64,000 nt of DNA from an uncultured virus (IMG/VR IMGVR_UViG_3300032607_001050) (Duplodnaviria; Heunggongvirae; Uroviricota; Caudoviricetes). The stretch lies in IMG/VR virus record IMGVR_UViG_3300032607_001050; one strand, 5' to 3'. The position numbers were made by a program, and so were the translations under genes. This document shows, one piece after another, positions 62,560-64,000 of this stretch; position 1 is the first letter of the stretch; each line of letters opens with the position of its first letter. The notes under the pieces are model-generated. The model ran no database searches. It saw only the letters and a list, made by a program, of their open reading frames with translations, and had not been told where the DNA came from.

Positions 62560-64000
62560 TTAAAAGTTACAGCCGAAGAACAAGCTCGACTTGGGACGTT
62601 GGACCACAACAAGGCCAACCGACAACGACGCTGACGCCGAGGCCGCCGCGTACATCGTTGCGGCCAGCACGGAGGCTGTCGCCACTGCGGCAGTTATTGT
62701 CGAACTGGCGGTCAGGGCCGAAGCCAGCCGAGCGTTTTTAGATATGGCGGCGACCACCGCTGCCGCTGCCGCCATTGAAGTCGCAAGAGGCTTGCTAACA
62801 GATAAGCCCGCCGACATGGTGGCCGTCACGGAAGCAGTAGCTGCCAGCGGCTTTGACCCTGACGTGGCGGCTAATATGTCCGCCGTCACAGCGGCTACTG
62901 CGGAAGCAGTAGCTGCCAGTGGCTTTGCGACTGACGTGGCAGCCGTCACAGCGGCTACTGCGGAAGCGCTAGAAGCTAGCGGCTTTGACACTAGCGTGGC
63001 GACTGATATGTCCGCCGTCACAGCGGCTACTGCGGAAGCAGTAGCTGCCAGTGGCTTTGCGACTGACGTGGCAGCCGTCACAGCGGCTACTGCGGAAGCG
63101 CTAGAAGCTAGCGGCTTTGGCCCCGACGTGGTGCCTGAACTAGCAACCGTGTATGTGATGACTACAAGCCCTGATGAGCCTGCGCCTGCGCTGATACTTC
63201 CTGCGCCGCCGCCTGCGCCGTAACCGCCGCCTGCGCCGCCTTTGCCGCCCAGTGTCGTATTTGCGCCTGCGCCGCCGCCGCCAGCGCCGGGGCCGTAATT
63301 AACGCCGTTGACTTGCCAGCCGGGGACGACGTCAAATTGGCTACCCGCAGCGCCGTCTCGCCTGGTTGTGACTGTGGTCGACGAATTGTTGCCGGCGCCG
63401 CCGCCAGAGCCGAGCGTGCCAGCAGCTGCAAGTAGCGACGATGTGGACCCGAGGCCGCCCGAGGTACCGCCCGAAGACTTACCTCCGGCACCGCCCACTG
63501 TTGACGCTCCAATTGAACCCGCTGTGGCCAGCAGGCCGTTAGAGCCGCCGCCGCCGCCGCCGCTACCAGACGTACCAGTTGCATATGCGCTGCCGCCAGC
63601 CATGCCGACCCCGTCACGGCCCGCTGCGCCGCCGCCGCCGCCGCCCTTGAGCTTGACAGTTGTAGCCGTGGTCAGAACGGACAAACCGCCAGCACCGCCT
63701 GCGAACATCTTGGCGGGGGTGCCGACACTGGCAGCAACCGAACCGCCCACACCACTACTCGCACCAGCGGCCGAAACACCTTGATCGGCAGCGGTCGGTG
63801 CTGACGGAGCTGCGGGGATGGAGGTGTTGGAGAACCTGAACCAAGACTTGTCAGTCGAGCCGTAGGCTAACGCTGCGGGTACGTACGCATACCCGGCGGT
63901 AGACCCCTCAATAGTAGTGGTCGTGCCTGCGGCATACGCGCCGCCGCCACCGCCGAAGTTTGATGCAGCACCGCCGAAGTACCCGCTAGAACCCGGCCCG
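62560..64000 (-). CDS. Gly-rich tail fibre protein with Ala/Ser/Thr repeat stalk (5' end off window)
   Basis: Frame of the 62560-63750 ORF stays open to 63999 by manual translation; Gly-rich domain followed by KPLA..ASAVAAVTA repeats. Confidence 0.75.
   Translation of the reverse strand, partial: GPGSSGYFGGAASNFGGGGGAYAAGTTTTIEGSTAGYAYVPAALAYGSTDKSWFRFSNTSIPAAPSAPTAADQGVSAAGASSGVGGSVAASVGTPAKMFAGGAGGLSVLTTATTVKLKGGGGGGAAGRDGVGMAGGSAYATGTSGSGGGGGGSNGLLATAGSIGASTVGGAGGKSSGGTSGGLGSTSSLLAAAGTLGSGGGAGNNSSTTVTTRRDGAAGSQFDVVPGWQVNGVNYGPGAGGGGAGANTTLGGKGGAGGGYGAGGGAGSISAGAGSSGLVVITYTVASSGTTSGPKPLASSASAVAAVTAATSVAKPLAATASAVAAVTADISVATLVSKPLASSASAVAAVTAATSVAKPLAATASAVAAVTADILAATSGSKPLAATASVTATMSAGLSVSKPLATSMAAAAAVVAAISKNARLASALTASSTITAAVATASVLAATMYAAASASASLSVGLVVVQRPKSSLFFGCNF
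62874..63119 (-). repeat. 114-bp direct repeat at 132-bp period within the fibre stalk
   Basis: 62874-62987 matches 63006-63119; nested shorter units. Confidence 0.9.

Larger units (their letters stand above)
1..64000. mobile_element. Temperate tailed bacteriophage genome (excised/free form, near complete)
   Basis: Terminase, portal, capsid, tail, lysis, replication and integrase modules; no host housekeeping genes; intact attP with phage-like genes on both sides. Confidence 0.95.

Noticed and set aside
62820..63130. CRISPR array or DGR template/variable repeat pair
   Set aside because: Repeats are in-frame coding units with no unique spacers; no adenine-specific differences; no reverse transcriptase in the window

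Overview
The whole window is one dsDNA tailed phage genome, probably podovirus-like and temperate. It looks nearly complete: both window ends fall inside related Gly-rich tail genes on the - strand. The - strand arm (45.8-64 kb, continuing into 1-15.3 kb) carries terminases, an N4-type portal and major capsid protein, tail/fibre genes, a lysis cassette and putative internal virion proteins, including a 2886-aa polyvalent protein. The + strand arm (15.6-45.6 kb) carries many small early ORFs, a primase-helicase, a MoxR-type AAA+/VWA module, a nuclease, a SNF2 helicase, a family A polymerase, an SSB-like protein and a ligase. A tyrosine integrase and excisionase sit beside an intact attP containing the 3' half of tRNA-Val(TAC). 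No RNA polymerase, CI-type repressor, CRISPR array or reverse transcriptase was recognised. The most unusual signals are: (1) a hydrophobic ORF apparently overprinted in the +1 frame of the polymerase gene; (2) two homologous TCCATTCCA-N79/80-TGGAATGGA AT-rich elements 27 kb apart; (3) a genome-wide TCTAAnTTAGA palindrome/heptamer motif at operon starts, with a stand-alone wHTH gene as candidate regulator; (4) a cloverleaf-like non-coding element downstream of the SSB-like gene. All family assignments come from motif recognition by eye, not database searches.
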